DNA of 64,000 nt from NCBI RefSeq assembly GCF_018977255.1, contig NW_024704743.1, positions 110,176,001-110,240,000 of the forward strand, given 5' to 3'. The notes under the pieces were generated by a model. That model ran no database searches, was not told the origin of the DNA, and saw nothing but the letters and a program-made list of their open reading frames with translations. Shown piece after piece: positions 11,706-23,814 of the stretch. The DNA is from Callorhinchus milii (Eukaryota). The stretch's first letter is position 1, and every line of letters starts with the position of its first letter. The translations under genes and the position numbers were made by a program.

Positions 11706-12674
11706 CCCAGTAGTGTCTCAAAGGAGAGAGCCTGCTCATAAATGTCAGCTAATAATAACCCTTGCATTTGATATAGCGGCTTATCACATAATTGAGACAT
11801 CTCAGAGTGCTTCACAGAACATACTGTAAAGTGAATTTGTGGCGAAACCTGGCAGGTAATTGCGCACAGCAGTGTACCACTGTTGTGGATTCAGTGACCA
11901 AATTGATATTATTTTGTAAAACAATTTTTGAATGAGGTATATTTGCTTATATGTGAATCTAATACTCTGCTATCAGCTTATACCCTCAGTGGTAGTTTCC
12001 TTGCTGCACAGGGAGGGTCCCTGGAGGCCTGTGAGACATCCACAATGACAGCACATTCTCCGAAGCCTCCCTTTAATTGCCATGCAAAATTGATTTTAAA
12101 AAGGTTGCTTTCAAATCAATACATAAGAATCCTAATTAAATCCAGTCCCTGATGGATACAAGGCATTACGATCGACAGTTTGTAGCTTTAAATGGTAAAT
12201 ACTGGAGCGGGCAGACCTTGTCACGAAAGAGATCACTTATGAGCAGGTTTCCAGCCTCCCTACGATACAGAGCATTTGGAGGAATTATAACCAGTCTGAC
12301 CCAGTCAGTCGCGCTGTTGTTTATGGGTCAGAAGGTTGTGGGATCAAAGCCCTAATCCAGGACTTGAGACTGATGCTCCAGTGCTGTATAGTTAGAGAGA
12401 GGCATCATCCTTTGTCTGACGTTAAAACCAAGGTCTGGAAGGTGAATTGTAATGGATAGAGCTTGGAGCTTATGGACCAGGAACCTGCTCTGTACTGAAT
12501 TTGGTACTGCAAGTGGAGGCTACATTGACCTACACCTTTCTGGGGTTAGGGAGGAGGAAAACAGCCAGGTTTCCTACTCCTGTGTCCCTCTACAGCATCC
12601 TCTTGTGTTTGTACATGTATGTGACAGCCAAAGTGGGAAGAGGTCAGGCTCAAACCCCACATCAAGACTTTGAG

Positions 12675-12843
12675 ACCATAAGACCATAAGACATAGGAGC
12701 AGGTGTAGGCCATTCGGGCCCTCGAGCCTGCCCCGCCATTTAATAAGATCATGGCTGATCTTCTAACCTAATTCCATTTACCTGCCCTATCCCCATATCC
12801 CGTAATCCCTCTATCCTTCTATCCCTTAATCCCCCTATCCCTC
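12675..12843 (-). mobile_element. CR1-clade LINE 3' end inserted into a DeuSINE
   Basis: ACCATAAG octamer tail repeats and CR1 3'UTR. TTGAG is duplicated at 12670-12674 and 12844-12848, and the SINE is collinear on both sides. Confidence 0.85.
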
Positions 12844-14253
12844 TTGAGTTCACAGACCAGGCTAACACTCCAGTGCACTACTTGGAGAGTGCTGCATTGT
12901 TGGCGGTGCCATTCATCCATTGAGGTCCCGTCTGTAGACGTTGTAGATCCCATGGCACATAGGAAAGGAGGAAGACCTTTTTGTCGCGATGTCCCAGCTA
13001 ATAAGGTTGGTCATTCAGTTCAAGGCTATTTCTGGATTCTTGATGTGCGCAAATTGGCTGCTGCTGTATTGCCCGCAAACACACAAAATGCAAAAGCAAT
13101 TCCCTGTGAAGTGCGTTGAGACGATCCAATGTTATTGCTGTGCTCAAAGTGGCTGCCATGTTTGTCTACAAGGTGCACAGTCACCCTACTTTACAGTATA
13201 TCCTGTGAAGTGCTTTGAGATATCCTCCCAACATGAAAGGCGTTTTACCAAATGTGAGGATTATTATAATTTGTTATGGTGCTGAATCAAACGTAAGGAT
13301 AATAGGATTAATATCTAGTTACTATGCTCAACCAAAGACTGTGAACATGATGTATTGAGCAGTAATAATCTCAGGCAAGACAGGCCTGTTCGTTGTATTT
13401 GTCAGATGGGAATTTAATAAACTATCAGTGGCACGCCGAGCTGATGTAAGTCATTGTGTTTAACATTACGCACCCCATTATCTCCCACAATTGGCTGAAA
13501 GTACATTACACATTGCACAGACTCTGAACACAAGAGCATTTCCCTTCAGGTGAGTGCCAGAGCACGGTTGAGACAGAGATATGTTAAGATCAGCAATTCA
13601 CAGTTCAATTTATTGTCTGGTTAGCTATACAAGCTTGCTTTGTGCTCTTACAGCATCTTACAGTAGCATTATTCTGTAAGCAGAGGTCAATCGGCACCTC
13701 GTTTCTTAGGGGCATATCCAATATGACAACTGTAATAAAGCATCTTTCTTGTTGGGAGGATGTCTCAAAGCATTTCACAAAACTTGATTGGGAGTCTGAG
13801 CTGGATGGAGGAGAGGGGGTAAAAAGCTGAGCAGAGGAATGGAGTGAACGTTTCTGAAAGCCTGTTCAATGAGTTTGGTAATAAGATGAGGAGGGGAGAG
13901 GGGTGTTGAAATGGAGTCTTTGCAGACGGGATGGGAGGGGAAGACATAAAGCAGACCAGCTTTTGCTGAGCAGAGCCAACTGCAGGGTGAAAAGTGCAAC
14001 ATTTTATGACAACTTATTGTTATTGAATTGTTGTACGATGTTGCATGTCTCTATCTGTTCCTCAAGACTGGCAATGAGCGTGACCTGCTCCTCCCCATTC
14101 ACACCCTCTCCATCCCCACCAGATAACACTGCAATGGTTAGGACCAAAGTCTGTTCGAAGAGCGCAATCAGTGTCATCTTGGATTCCCGCTCATTGCTCG
14201 TGATTCTTGTTTACGACCTCGAGCCAGTGATTGAACGTCACATCCCAGGATAA

Positions 14254-14920
14254 CAGTCGGTAGCACTCTTGCCTTTGAGTCTGAAGATCGCAGGTTCAAA
14301 CCCCACCCTGGGACCTTGTGCTCACCGTCTGCACTGACACTCCAGACAATGCTGAGGGTGCACTGCAACCTCATGTGAGGCTTGAACCCACAAGCAAAGC
14401 AGCATTCTTTGGAATCAATGTTAAACTGAGGTCCTGTCTGCCTGGTCAGGAGGACTTTAAAGATCTCACTGCACTGTTCACAAAGAAAAGGGAGTTTCTC
14501 CTGGTGTCTTGGCCAACAATCCTCAGGATTTATGGAATTCTCTATCCCAGAAGGTTGTGGATGCTCAGTCATTGAATATATTCAAGACTGAGATCGCTAG
14601 ATTTCTAAAAACTAAAGGGATTAAGGGATATGGGGATAGGGCGGGTAAATGGAATTAGGTTAGAAGATCAGCCATGATCTTACTAAATGGCTGGGCAGAC
14701 TCAAGGGGACGAATGGCTTATTCCTGCTCCTATTTCTTATGTTCTTATGTTCTTATAAAATTGATCATACACTTCATGGTTGTTTGTGGGACCTTGATTG
14801 CTGTGCCCTAAATTGGCTGCCATGTTCAGTTACAAATTATCCAGTCTCCGCACTTTGCAGTAAATCCTGTGGAGCAATTCCTGACATGAAAAGCTATATC
14901 AAATAAAAGGATTGTTATTA
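14254..14920 (+). mobile_element. DeuSINE-type SINE with tRNA-like head, interrupted by a CR1 3' end at about 14527-14755
   Basis: Head CAGTCGGTAGCACTCTTGCC..GGTTCAAACCCC. The SINE resumes at ATAAAATTGATCAT after the TTCTTATG octamer tail of the CR1 piece. Confidence 0.85.
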
Positions 14921-15794
14921 TCAATAAGAAATAGTTTCGAGAAATGCCATAATATAGTGCCCAAAGTGAGCTGAGGTCCTTCAGCACTTTGTTTGGCAAC
15001 GCGTAAGAGTTGCCCAGTGTGGGTCTTTTATTTAGTGCAGATCAATACTTATCTGAAGCACTTTGAGGACAAATAAGTCCAGTGGAACAAGTGAGGATTG
15101 TCCAGCTCTCAGCTTCATACTGATGTGATGTGGGGTATCCTAGCAACTAAAGTTGATATATATTTACTGTAAAATAAATCCCTCGGCATCAACAATTGAT
15201 ATAATTACTGATCATTTTGCAGCGTTTCACATGAAATGCAAGCAGCTGCAAGAGTACTGAGGGGTAGTCAGTGCAGTGTGTGGGGGTGGAAATGTGTAGT
15301 ATGTGAGGGGGGGAGGGGAAGGGATGAGCAACACATTCTGTAGATTGTGGTTCTTGTTTAGAACGCCCGCTTGGCTCATCAATCTTATCAGTCAACTGTC
15401 CTTTCTCCTGAGCAGGATTCTGAGGACACGTTGGACACAGATTAATAAACAGGCACTAGGCAAACCCGATGGTGTAGCGTCCTTGTGTCCTTATCATGCT
15501 TAGCAGAACCTATAGTATTTAAGTGTATATCTTATCTGTTAAATGCCTGTTCCTCCAAGGCATATCATTTATTTGAAAAGCCTGTGAATTTGTTCCATTC
15601 ATTTGCACAGATACCTTGTCTAGTGCACCCAATAATAACAATTCTGGTATGGCAGTATCGCTCTGCTTGACATATCTTGATCATTCTATTTGGAAGCACT
15701 CATTTTCTAATAATGCATTGATGTCACTATATCAGCTCCTTTTTGGTCGACCTACTTGATCATGTTATTCTGAACTCATTGAAAAGGGGTAGGA

Positions 15795-16300
15795 CACAGG
15801 AATGTAGACATACAGGAACTGTAGGAGGCCATTCAGCCCATCAAAACCATTCTACCAATATATTAGATCATGATAGATCTTTTAATCCTAATGCTCTGAG
15901 CTTTCACAATTTCCTTAATACCTCTACCACCCAAGCTCTGACTATCTGTGTTCTAAACAATCCCTATTGATTTCATCTCTACAGATTTCTGGGGTAGAGC
16001 ATTCCACATCTTCACAACCCTCTGTGTGAAGAAATACTTCCTGACTCAGTTCACACCATCTTGGCTTTGATTTTAATTCTCCTAGTAATGGATCCCTCTA
16101 CCAGAGGGAAGAGTCGTCCATTAGGTAACCTGTTGATTCCTTTCACTATTTTACATCCCTCAATCAAATCACCCCTTAACCTACTAAGGAATGTAAGCCC
16201 GGTCTACCCAGCCTGTCTCAGCTTAACCAATCGCCTTCAGACCAGGTATTAATTCAGTGAGCCATAACAGGACACCCTCCATTGCTAATATATCCCTTCT
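15795..16300 (-). mobile_element. Old CR1-clade LINE 3' fragment
   Basis: AGGAGGCCATTCAGCCCATC, CAACCCTCTGTGTGAAGAAAT and TCAAATCACCCCTTAACCT are reverse complements of CR1 3' motifs. Confidence 0.75.
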
Positions 16301-17394
16301 CTTTTTGAATAGTGTCAGGGGATTACCCGAATGAGCAAGCAGGGATTTCAGTTTAACATTTCAACCGAAGGACAGAGCTGCTGAAATTGCAGTGGTTAAG
16401 CACTCTGAGATGCTACCCTGCATTAAGGGTGCTTTATAAATGCAGGTTATTGTTGCTCTCCTCTCCCCTCTCACCCCCAGCATTACACTGGAGGGTCAGC
16501 CTAGGCCATGAACTTACTGAATGTCCTATTCAAATTTATGAACAGTAAGACATCAGCAGGATATAAATAACTCATTGGCTCATGTGATGGATTGTACATT
16601 GGCTCATTTATGGGTTGATCTTCTGAAATGATAATGTCATTTCACATTTCCAAAGTTTCGGACACACAGCACTGATCAAACATGTGCTATTTTGATTTTG
16701 TTTAATAAAACGACAGCTGTTTGAACATTACGGCACAACTAACTCAGTATTTATATATTTTTAAAAATATCAATGTCACAAGGACAAAAAGTCAAGCTGC
16801 CAGGCTTAGATTTCATTATGTGGCTGCCATTCAGAAGCCACCATTTGTCTTCAGTGTCATTAATCACCCCCCGCTCACTATGTGCCCACAGAGGCAGCGT
16901 TCAGCTCTTGCCGATAGTTCGATAGTTGTAGTGTAATTGTGGGCTGTCATACCCATCAGTGGCAATAACTTCATATCATGAATATTTATAAAGATCTGCT
17001 GCATTAAATGAGGTACTTGAGCTGTTTTTAAAGGACAACTCCAATTATAATTGTGTTTAAGATGACATGTCTTTTGTGTAGGCTTGAATTATAATCTGCT
17101 GATGTCAGAGCTGTACAGTTATTAAGTCCCTTTTTGCGAATTGATCGTGCATTCTGCTTTTAATTGGTTTATGTGATGGGCCCAAACTTGTTACCTGTTG
17201 TTTTTAGCTCCGCTACTTCCTGGGAAACTACCCAGCCAGCTATTCCCTTTACTCAGCAAACACCAAACTGCTTCAGAGTCCTCGGCTGCTCCACCATCAG
17301 TGGGCAAAACTTTAGCCATTCTTCATTCACCTATCCCCCTCCTCTCCTTCTCCCCATTTCTCCCCCCAGCTTGGGCTCTCAGTCTGTTGTGTGA

Positions 17395-17765
17395 ACAACA
17401 ATAATAACACTTTGCATTTATATAACGTGCTTCCTGCAGGACAGCGTCTCGGAGCGCTTAACAGTGGTGGAGTCTGAGGTGACAGAAAGCACGGTCAAAA
17501 AGGTTTTCAGGTGGGATCTGAAATCGGGGAAGTAGAGTCATGGTGAAGGGATTGAGGGAGAGTGTTCCAAAGCTTTGGGGTTAGTGGCTGAAAGCACAGC
17601 TGCCGATGGTGTAGGGGAGGCGACGAGGAACAAGCAGGAGGTCGGAGCCAGCTGCGCGGAGATGGGAGGTGGTGGAGTGGGGAGTAAGCAGGTCGGAGAG
17701 ATAGGGAGGTACCAGGGCATGAAGGGATTTGTAGACGAGTGTGAGGATTTCGAAGTCAATATCAT
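17395..17765 (-). mobile_element. L2-clade LINE 3' fragment (older subfamily)
   Basis: Minus-strand IDFEILTLVYKSLHALVPPYLSDLL and (AAC/AAT)n tail. Confidence 0.8.
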
Positions 17766-18809
17766 ACAAACATAAATTGTTGTTGTCGTAAAATTATCCT
17801 GTCTCCCCTGGTTACAAGGGACGTCGTTGCATAGCCCAATCTTGAGCAGTACAGGTATTACATAGAACATGAAGTGGCTCAGTTGATAGTGCTCTGGCCT
17901 TTGAATCAGAAGTTGGTGGTTGTCGGGACTTGGAATTCATAACCTAGGCTGGCACTCCAATGCAGAACTGGGGGGAGCACCACATTGTCGGATGTGCCAT
18001 CCTTCAATGATACCCCAGTGCACATTCTGGTCTCTCCCAAGTCTCGCCTCTGACCCAATCTGCACCTAATGTTCTTCAGACACTCCAATACAGTGCTGAG
18101 GCAATGGATGTTACATTGCGTGGTTGACCATGAAATGAACAGTAAAGAACACTTCAGCACTGTCCAGTGTATTCAATCTCCGCATCCTGCCAGCTGGGGT
18201 TCACCTCCCCCCTTTTTTTAATAAGTTGCTATCAAGTGCTGAGACTGAAGCTGGAGGCAGATGATTGAGCTGAGTGCAGTCCCTCTCTCTATAAGACGAT
18301 CGAAATGGGCCTGTTGAGAGCTGGCCTGAACCTGCCAGCTCCATTCACACTCAGCTGAGTTGCTTCTCAACAGGGCCCTTGTGTATCAGCCCTGAACTGA
18401 GAAGCCATTATTGCCTTTACAGCTCCGCGGTGACTTGCATTTGAAAGCCAGGAGAGAAGCTTGACCCTTCCAACACTGTGCTGCGTGTGTGCTTTTCTTT
18501 GTGCTAAGAGTTTCTTTTTGTTGTTGTTCGTTTTTTTGCCGAAAGCTACACTTTGAACTTACAGGGAGTTCCTGTAAGGCATTTGATTACAAGTGAAAAA
18601 GATGCAATGCATTATCAGAGGTGCCGACTCTCGGATGAGACGTTAAACCAGGTTTAAATTGGCCATCTACATTTAACCTGTCAATCTGCGTGTGAGCCTG
18701 GTTCAGTCGGTAGCACTCAAGCCCCATGTCGGGACTTTAAATTCACATAGTCTAGCCTGACCCTCCTTCGCAGAGCTTGGGAGAGCACTGCAATGTTGGA
18801 GGTGCCAAC

Positions 18810-19015
18810 GCACATTCTGGTCTCTCCCAAGGCTTGGGTATGACCCAACCTGCACCTTAATGCTCTCCAGAGTCGGGTTAAACAGTGTGGATGCTTCCAG
18901 GGAGGGGGTTTGCATTCCATTCCAGACACGGGAAATTTCTATGTGTAAATGGAACAAATACGTGGTACAGTCAGGCTAGTTTGCATATTCTTAAGCATGT
19001 TGATGAGTTTCCAAA
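18810..19015 (+). repeat. Family E repeat, 3' part
   Basis: CCATTCCAGACAC(A)GGGAAATTTC and CTTAAGCATG.TGATG.GTTTC, shared with about 46550-46640. Confidence 0.7.
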
Positions 19016-21139
19016 TATTTTTATTATAAAACAATCTTGTAGGCCAGGACCGGTGGAATTTGTCTCAGCTGTTCACGTTCTGAAATGCTGTACACTATCC
19101 AGCACCTTGGGACGTCCTCCTGACGTGAAAGGCACTATGCAAATGTAATGTTGTTTTTGTTGTTGCCTGATACCTCCTGTTCAGACTCTCTTCCCATTGC
19201 TCATACCTCCTGCTCTGGCTGCCTATAAACTTGACTTTGTTCTTCTCTGCGAAAGAGGTTGATGATTTGGGGACCACACTCCCCAACCCCTCACCCCCCC
19301 TCCCCCTCTCCCCCGTCACCCCACCCCCGCCATCCATGCCTGCAGAGACAGCATGGAGAGTGATAGAAAGAGAGAAGGAGCGGGAGGTATGATTCATAAA
19401 TAAACACAGAAATATGCAATATAATTAAATCTTCTATATGAATAAAAAATTCATGATAAACTGGCCCCAAATCTTTCTGAAGAGGCTATAATGGTATTAT
19501 CCTGTATTTAAATTGCAAAAAAAAGTGTAATTTTGCATAATTTTCATTTTTTTGCTTGCATAACTTTTTTTTTTTTCTGTGCTTAATTCCCTGGGGAGTA
19601 CCTAAAGATTCCATCACTGCAAAATCCACACCTCACCACTTGATCAGCCGGTTCTGAGACTGAAAATAGCCTTCAGGAAGGTTTGGACATAAATTGGTGC
19701 CACCTTCCCCAAAAACATAATGTCATTTTCTTTATTTAATTCCCCCTGAATGTTATCATTGTACAGCGGGGATTTATAAATGAAACTAGGAGGAGGTGGT
19801 GGAGGGGAGGTTGTGTCCTTTTCAAGTGGAGATGTGAATGGAAAATCTCTCAATGATGTAATTATATATTTTTTATGTATATATTTTAAAAAATCATGGA
19901 CAATGTAGAAAGGGCCGAACTGTGCTCCCCCAGACAATGGCGGGCTTTCACAGCGCCTGTTCAGGATTCTGCTCAGGGAAACCCACGAAGCGACTGAACT
20001 TGACTGTGGGTTTATTTCCTGTGCATTGCTCTGGCGTTAGATAGATTGCTGTACACAGTCTTTTCATTGCTCCTCAAAGGACACAGTTGGCACAAATCCA
20101 GCGGTTGGCTTAGAAATAACATTGGACATGATGGAGAGGGGTGTGTGTGTTGTGTAGTGAGGGTGGGTGATTCTCACTTATGTCATTCAGCCATTGAATG
20201 TGTGAGAATTCGCTTGAGTTTTGTCATCACAAGAAACCCAATTTTATCTGTTCTGCATTCAGCCATTCCATTCAATCCCCCTTCCCCCTCCTCCTCTGCT
20301 GGTGCAATGCCAGAGCATTGGCTATCAAGCCACGTCCACTCATCTAACCAGTCGGAAGCGTCTAAACTGACCCTTCTTCTTCTGCTTTACGAACGAGGTC
20401 GAGGTTTTTGGGTGACCCCCTGCCGTCCGGGCCTGTGATAAAAAAAATTAATTCTTAAATAAACATCTGTTCTCGCTGAGCTGTGTCATGGGAAGTGCAT
20501 GGTTTTTGACAGCCATCCAAGCCAGCGAGCTCAACATTGACACTGACGAGGGTAACAAAGGAAAGCTGCTATCGCCCTCTTGAGCAGCTCCCGTTGAAAC
20601 GCTGCGTGCACATTGCCTAATCCGCTCCATCTCAGGCTATGGGAAATTGATCATGAGGGACGTACAAGGAAGTGAAATAAGGGAGAGGCTGTAATTTGGC
20701 AACATTTCATTAGCCTTCCACTACAGTAATTCTCACATTGAAATGGGTTTCAGCCTGCATCAGTTGGCAATTCTCTGGCCTCTGAGTCTAGGCTCAAGCC
20801 CCACGTCAGATACAGAATTTTGAGCTCACGGTCTAATTTAGCATTTCAGTTCAGTACTTAGGTGTACGCTAAACTGTTAAAGGTTCTGCTCTTTGCATTA
20901 GATTTTAAGCTGAGGTCCCATCTGCCTGACCAGATGGACGTTAAAGGTCCCATGGCATTATTTGAATAAAGAAGTGAGTTTCATGAAGTGCTTCATATCC
21001 CCAATGCTGCGTTGGAATGTCTACCTAGACAATATCAGTTCAAAATCCTAACATGAAGTCTGAACTCACAACCTTCTGACTCTCAGAGGCATAAATGCTA
21101 CCAACTGAGCCAGGCTGATCCACAAGACCAAGAAATTAG

Positions 21140-21520
21140 CAAATAGCAATGATTGGACAAGGTGGGGTTCTTCAATCTTGAAAGGAGATACTTCAGATCG
21201 GACTTAAAAGAGGTGTATATGATTTTAAATAGGACTGAGAAAGTGAACCCAGAAGAATACCTTTGAATGCATCCAGACAGCAGAACAAGACAACATAGGT
21301 TCAGGGTTGCAAAGGGCACTTTCAAGACAGACACCAGGAACTTTTTCCTTACCCAGAGGGTAATTGAAAACTGAAGAAGGGGCCAGGAAGGGGGTTGAGA
21401 CCCATACACTGGACTCATTTAAAAAACACAGCTTGATGCTGTAATGGGAGGACAGTAAGGTGGATGTTCTGAAAGGATGAGATCAGGCAGATTGAAGGGC
21501 CTTCTTCATCTGAACCTCTT
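21140..21520 (+). mobile_element. Old CR1-clade LINE 3' fragment
   Basis: Encodes a degenerate GFFNLERRYFRSDLKEVYMI motif. TTACCCAGAGGGTAATT and GAAGGGCCTTCTTCATC 3' motifs are present. Confidence 0.75.
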
Positions 21521-22092
21521 CTCACTTTGTTAACAAAATATACTTGTATGGGGGAATATCTCAAAACACTGAACAAAGCAAGAGTGGAAGCCTCCCAAGC
21601 TTAGTAGGAGATTAGGGGTGGGGGGGAGGTGCGGAGATAGAGGTGAGGTGGCCAAAAACACAGGCAGAGAGAGATTTGTAGATATGTTTTGGAAGTGGAG
21701 AGGGAAGGAGTGAGGTGCAAGGATGAAGGCGAGGTTGATAGGGAATCATGCTCCAATAAAGCTGAACAATACTGTTTGAGTGTGGTCAGGCAGTACACCA
21801 CAGGCATGAACAAAACAAGGCATTACAATCTATCCCACCAGGAGGAGACAACACAGAACAGTAAGAAAAGCTTTGCCTAAGACTTGTTATGACAGAAAAG
21901 TAATGCGCTGCCCGGAGCGTTTCAATTTGCTGTGAACCATAGAGCCAAAGCTTCTTAATTGCATGATAGTCTCACACCTCCAGATTGCTGCAAGGTGGTT
22001 ATAATGAGATGCAATCAAATGGACATTATGCAGCATTGCAAAAACAAAAGCATTGGGAGAAAATATCAAACAAGGATTTGTGAGCTTTATTG

Positions 22093-22410
22093 CAGAATGG
22101 ATCGATTTCAAGATCTTCACACTCGTGTACAAATTACTTCATGTCCTGTCACCGCTCTACCTCCCCGACCTGCTTGCACCCCACTACACTGCCCACTGCC
22201 TTCGCTCAGCTGGCTCCAGCCTCCTGCATGGTCCTTCATCCTCTCTGCTCCACCATCGGCAGCCATGCTTTCAGCTACTAAGAGCGAAGCTATACCCTGG
22301 AACTCTCCATCTCAGTCATTCAGGTTTGCCTCCTCCTTGCCTGTCTTCAGATGACACCTGAAGACCTTACTTTTTGACCATGCCTATGGTCACCATCCCC
22401 TCTCCATGGC
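22093..22410 (+). mobile_element. L2-clade LINE 3' fragment
   Basis: WIDFKIFTLVYKLLHVLSPLYLPDLL in ORF 22053..22361. Confidence 0.8.
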
Positions 22411-23814
22411 TTGGACCAAGCCCATCTCCTAACAACTCTGATACAAGAGCTTAAACATAAAACAATAACCATTACAGGTAAAAGTGATATTAGTGGGACA
22501 AAGTTTGGACAAACCCATCTCCAACAACTCTCCAGCTCTTGTATCAGAGTTGTTGGTCATCCACACTATGGCTATTTGTGGGACCTAGTGGTGTGCATAT
22601 TGGCTGCTGCAATTGTCTACAAAATGCACTTGCTACACTTGGCAGCGATTCCCTGTGTAAAGCCTTGAGATATTTTGATGCTATATTAAATTCAGGGGAT
22701 ATTATTATTAATATTATAATAAAGTGAAAGCAAAAGGAAATGCCACCAGTTGTACACGGAGACTGTATGACAAGGGCATTGCCTGTGTTTGAATCAGTGA
22801 CTGGCTCTTGAACATGTTACAGTCAGACATTTCATCGGCAATCAGGGGGCACGAGTTGAGGTGAGCGTGGCCTCGATTGCACCAGGGTTGCAACTGCTTT
22901 ACTCTTTGGAGGTAATGTTAATGCTAATCCTCACATACTATTTAGTGTCTAATGTTAAAACAGCTCAAACTGATGAACAGGCAGCTGTGCATTTGTAGGC
23001 AAAAGCAGCACCCGATTTAAAAAGTCATTAGGAATAATTAATTTTATTTGAATGATTATTGGCCAGGTCCCGGGGAGAACCTTCCTTCTCTTTTCCAATG
23101 CTATCACACAATTATTTTAATGTCCACCTCAACAGTCAGTTAGGACTTTGGTTCAACATATCATTTGAAGGACGGCACTTCCAACAATGCAGCCCCACTT
23201 CCCCCCCCCCATCCCCCACCCCATTGGAATTATGAGATCTGAGAGAATAGACTCGAGTCTGAATGTCCTTGTCACCTGTTTCTGACTTTCCATATTTCTA
23301 AGATGCCACGTGACACCGGTTGCTATTCCGTCATTCCCTGCACCCTTCAGTTTACTCTCTGGTAGGTCTGTGCTTGCATAGTGCAGCTAAACAACAACAA
23401 CAAAATTACATGTGTATAGCGCCTTTAAATAATAGCAGCATCACCGGACAATAAAATGCTGATGGGCAAGTCACTTGATTCTCACCAGACTGACATCCAG
23501 TTGCTTTGGCTTTGCTTGTGTACAGCCAAATATTTTAGTTCAGTGCACTTTGCAATTCAGCCTCGAGCCAGGATTGTCTTAAATTCCTCCACAGTCAAGT
23601 CATCTTCCACCTTATATTCCCTATCGTTCACCCACCAAACATACAGTCACTGCACTTGACAGTATAGCTTGTGAAGTACTTTAGGACATCCTCCAAAGGT
23701 GAAATACACTATTCCAAGTATAACAAGAACAAAATAACAACAAAATTAGATTTGTATAGCGCCTTTCAGGTCAGGAGGACACCCCAAGGCACTGGACAGT
23801 CAGTGTCTCCACCA

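Noticed and set aside
22839..22852. CTCF-like CAATCAGGGGGCAC (also ACTGTAGAGGGCAC near 27980)
   Set aside because: Mismatches fall in the conserved 5' half, and such matches are expected by chance.
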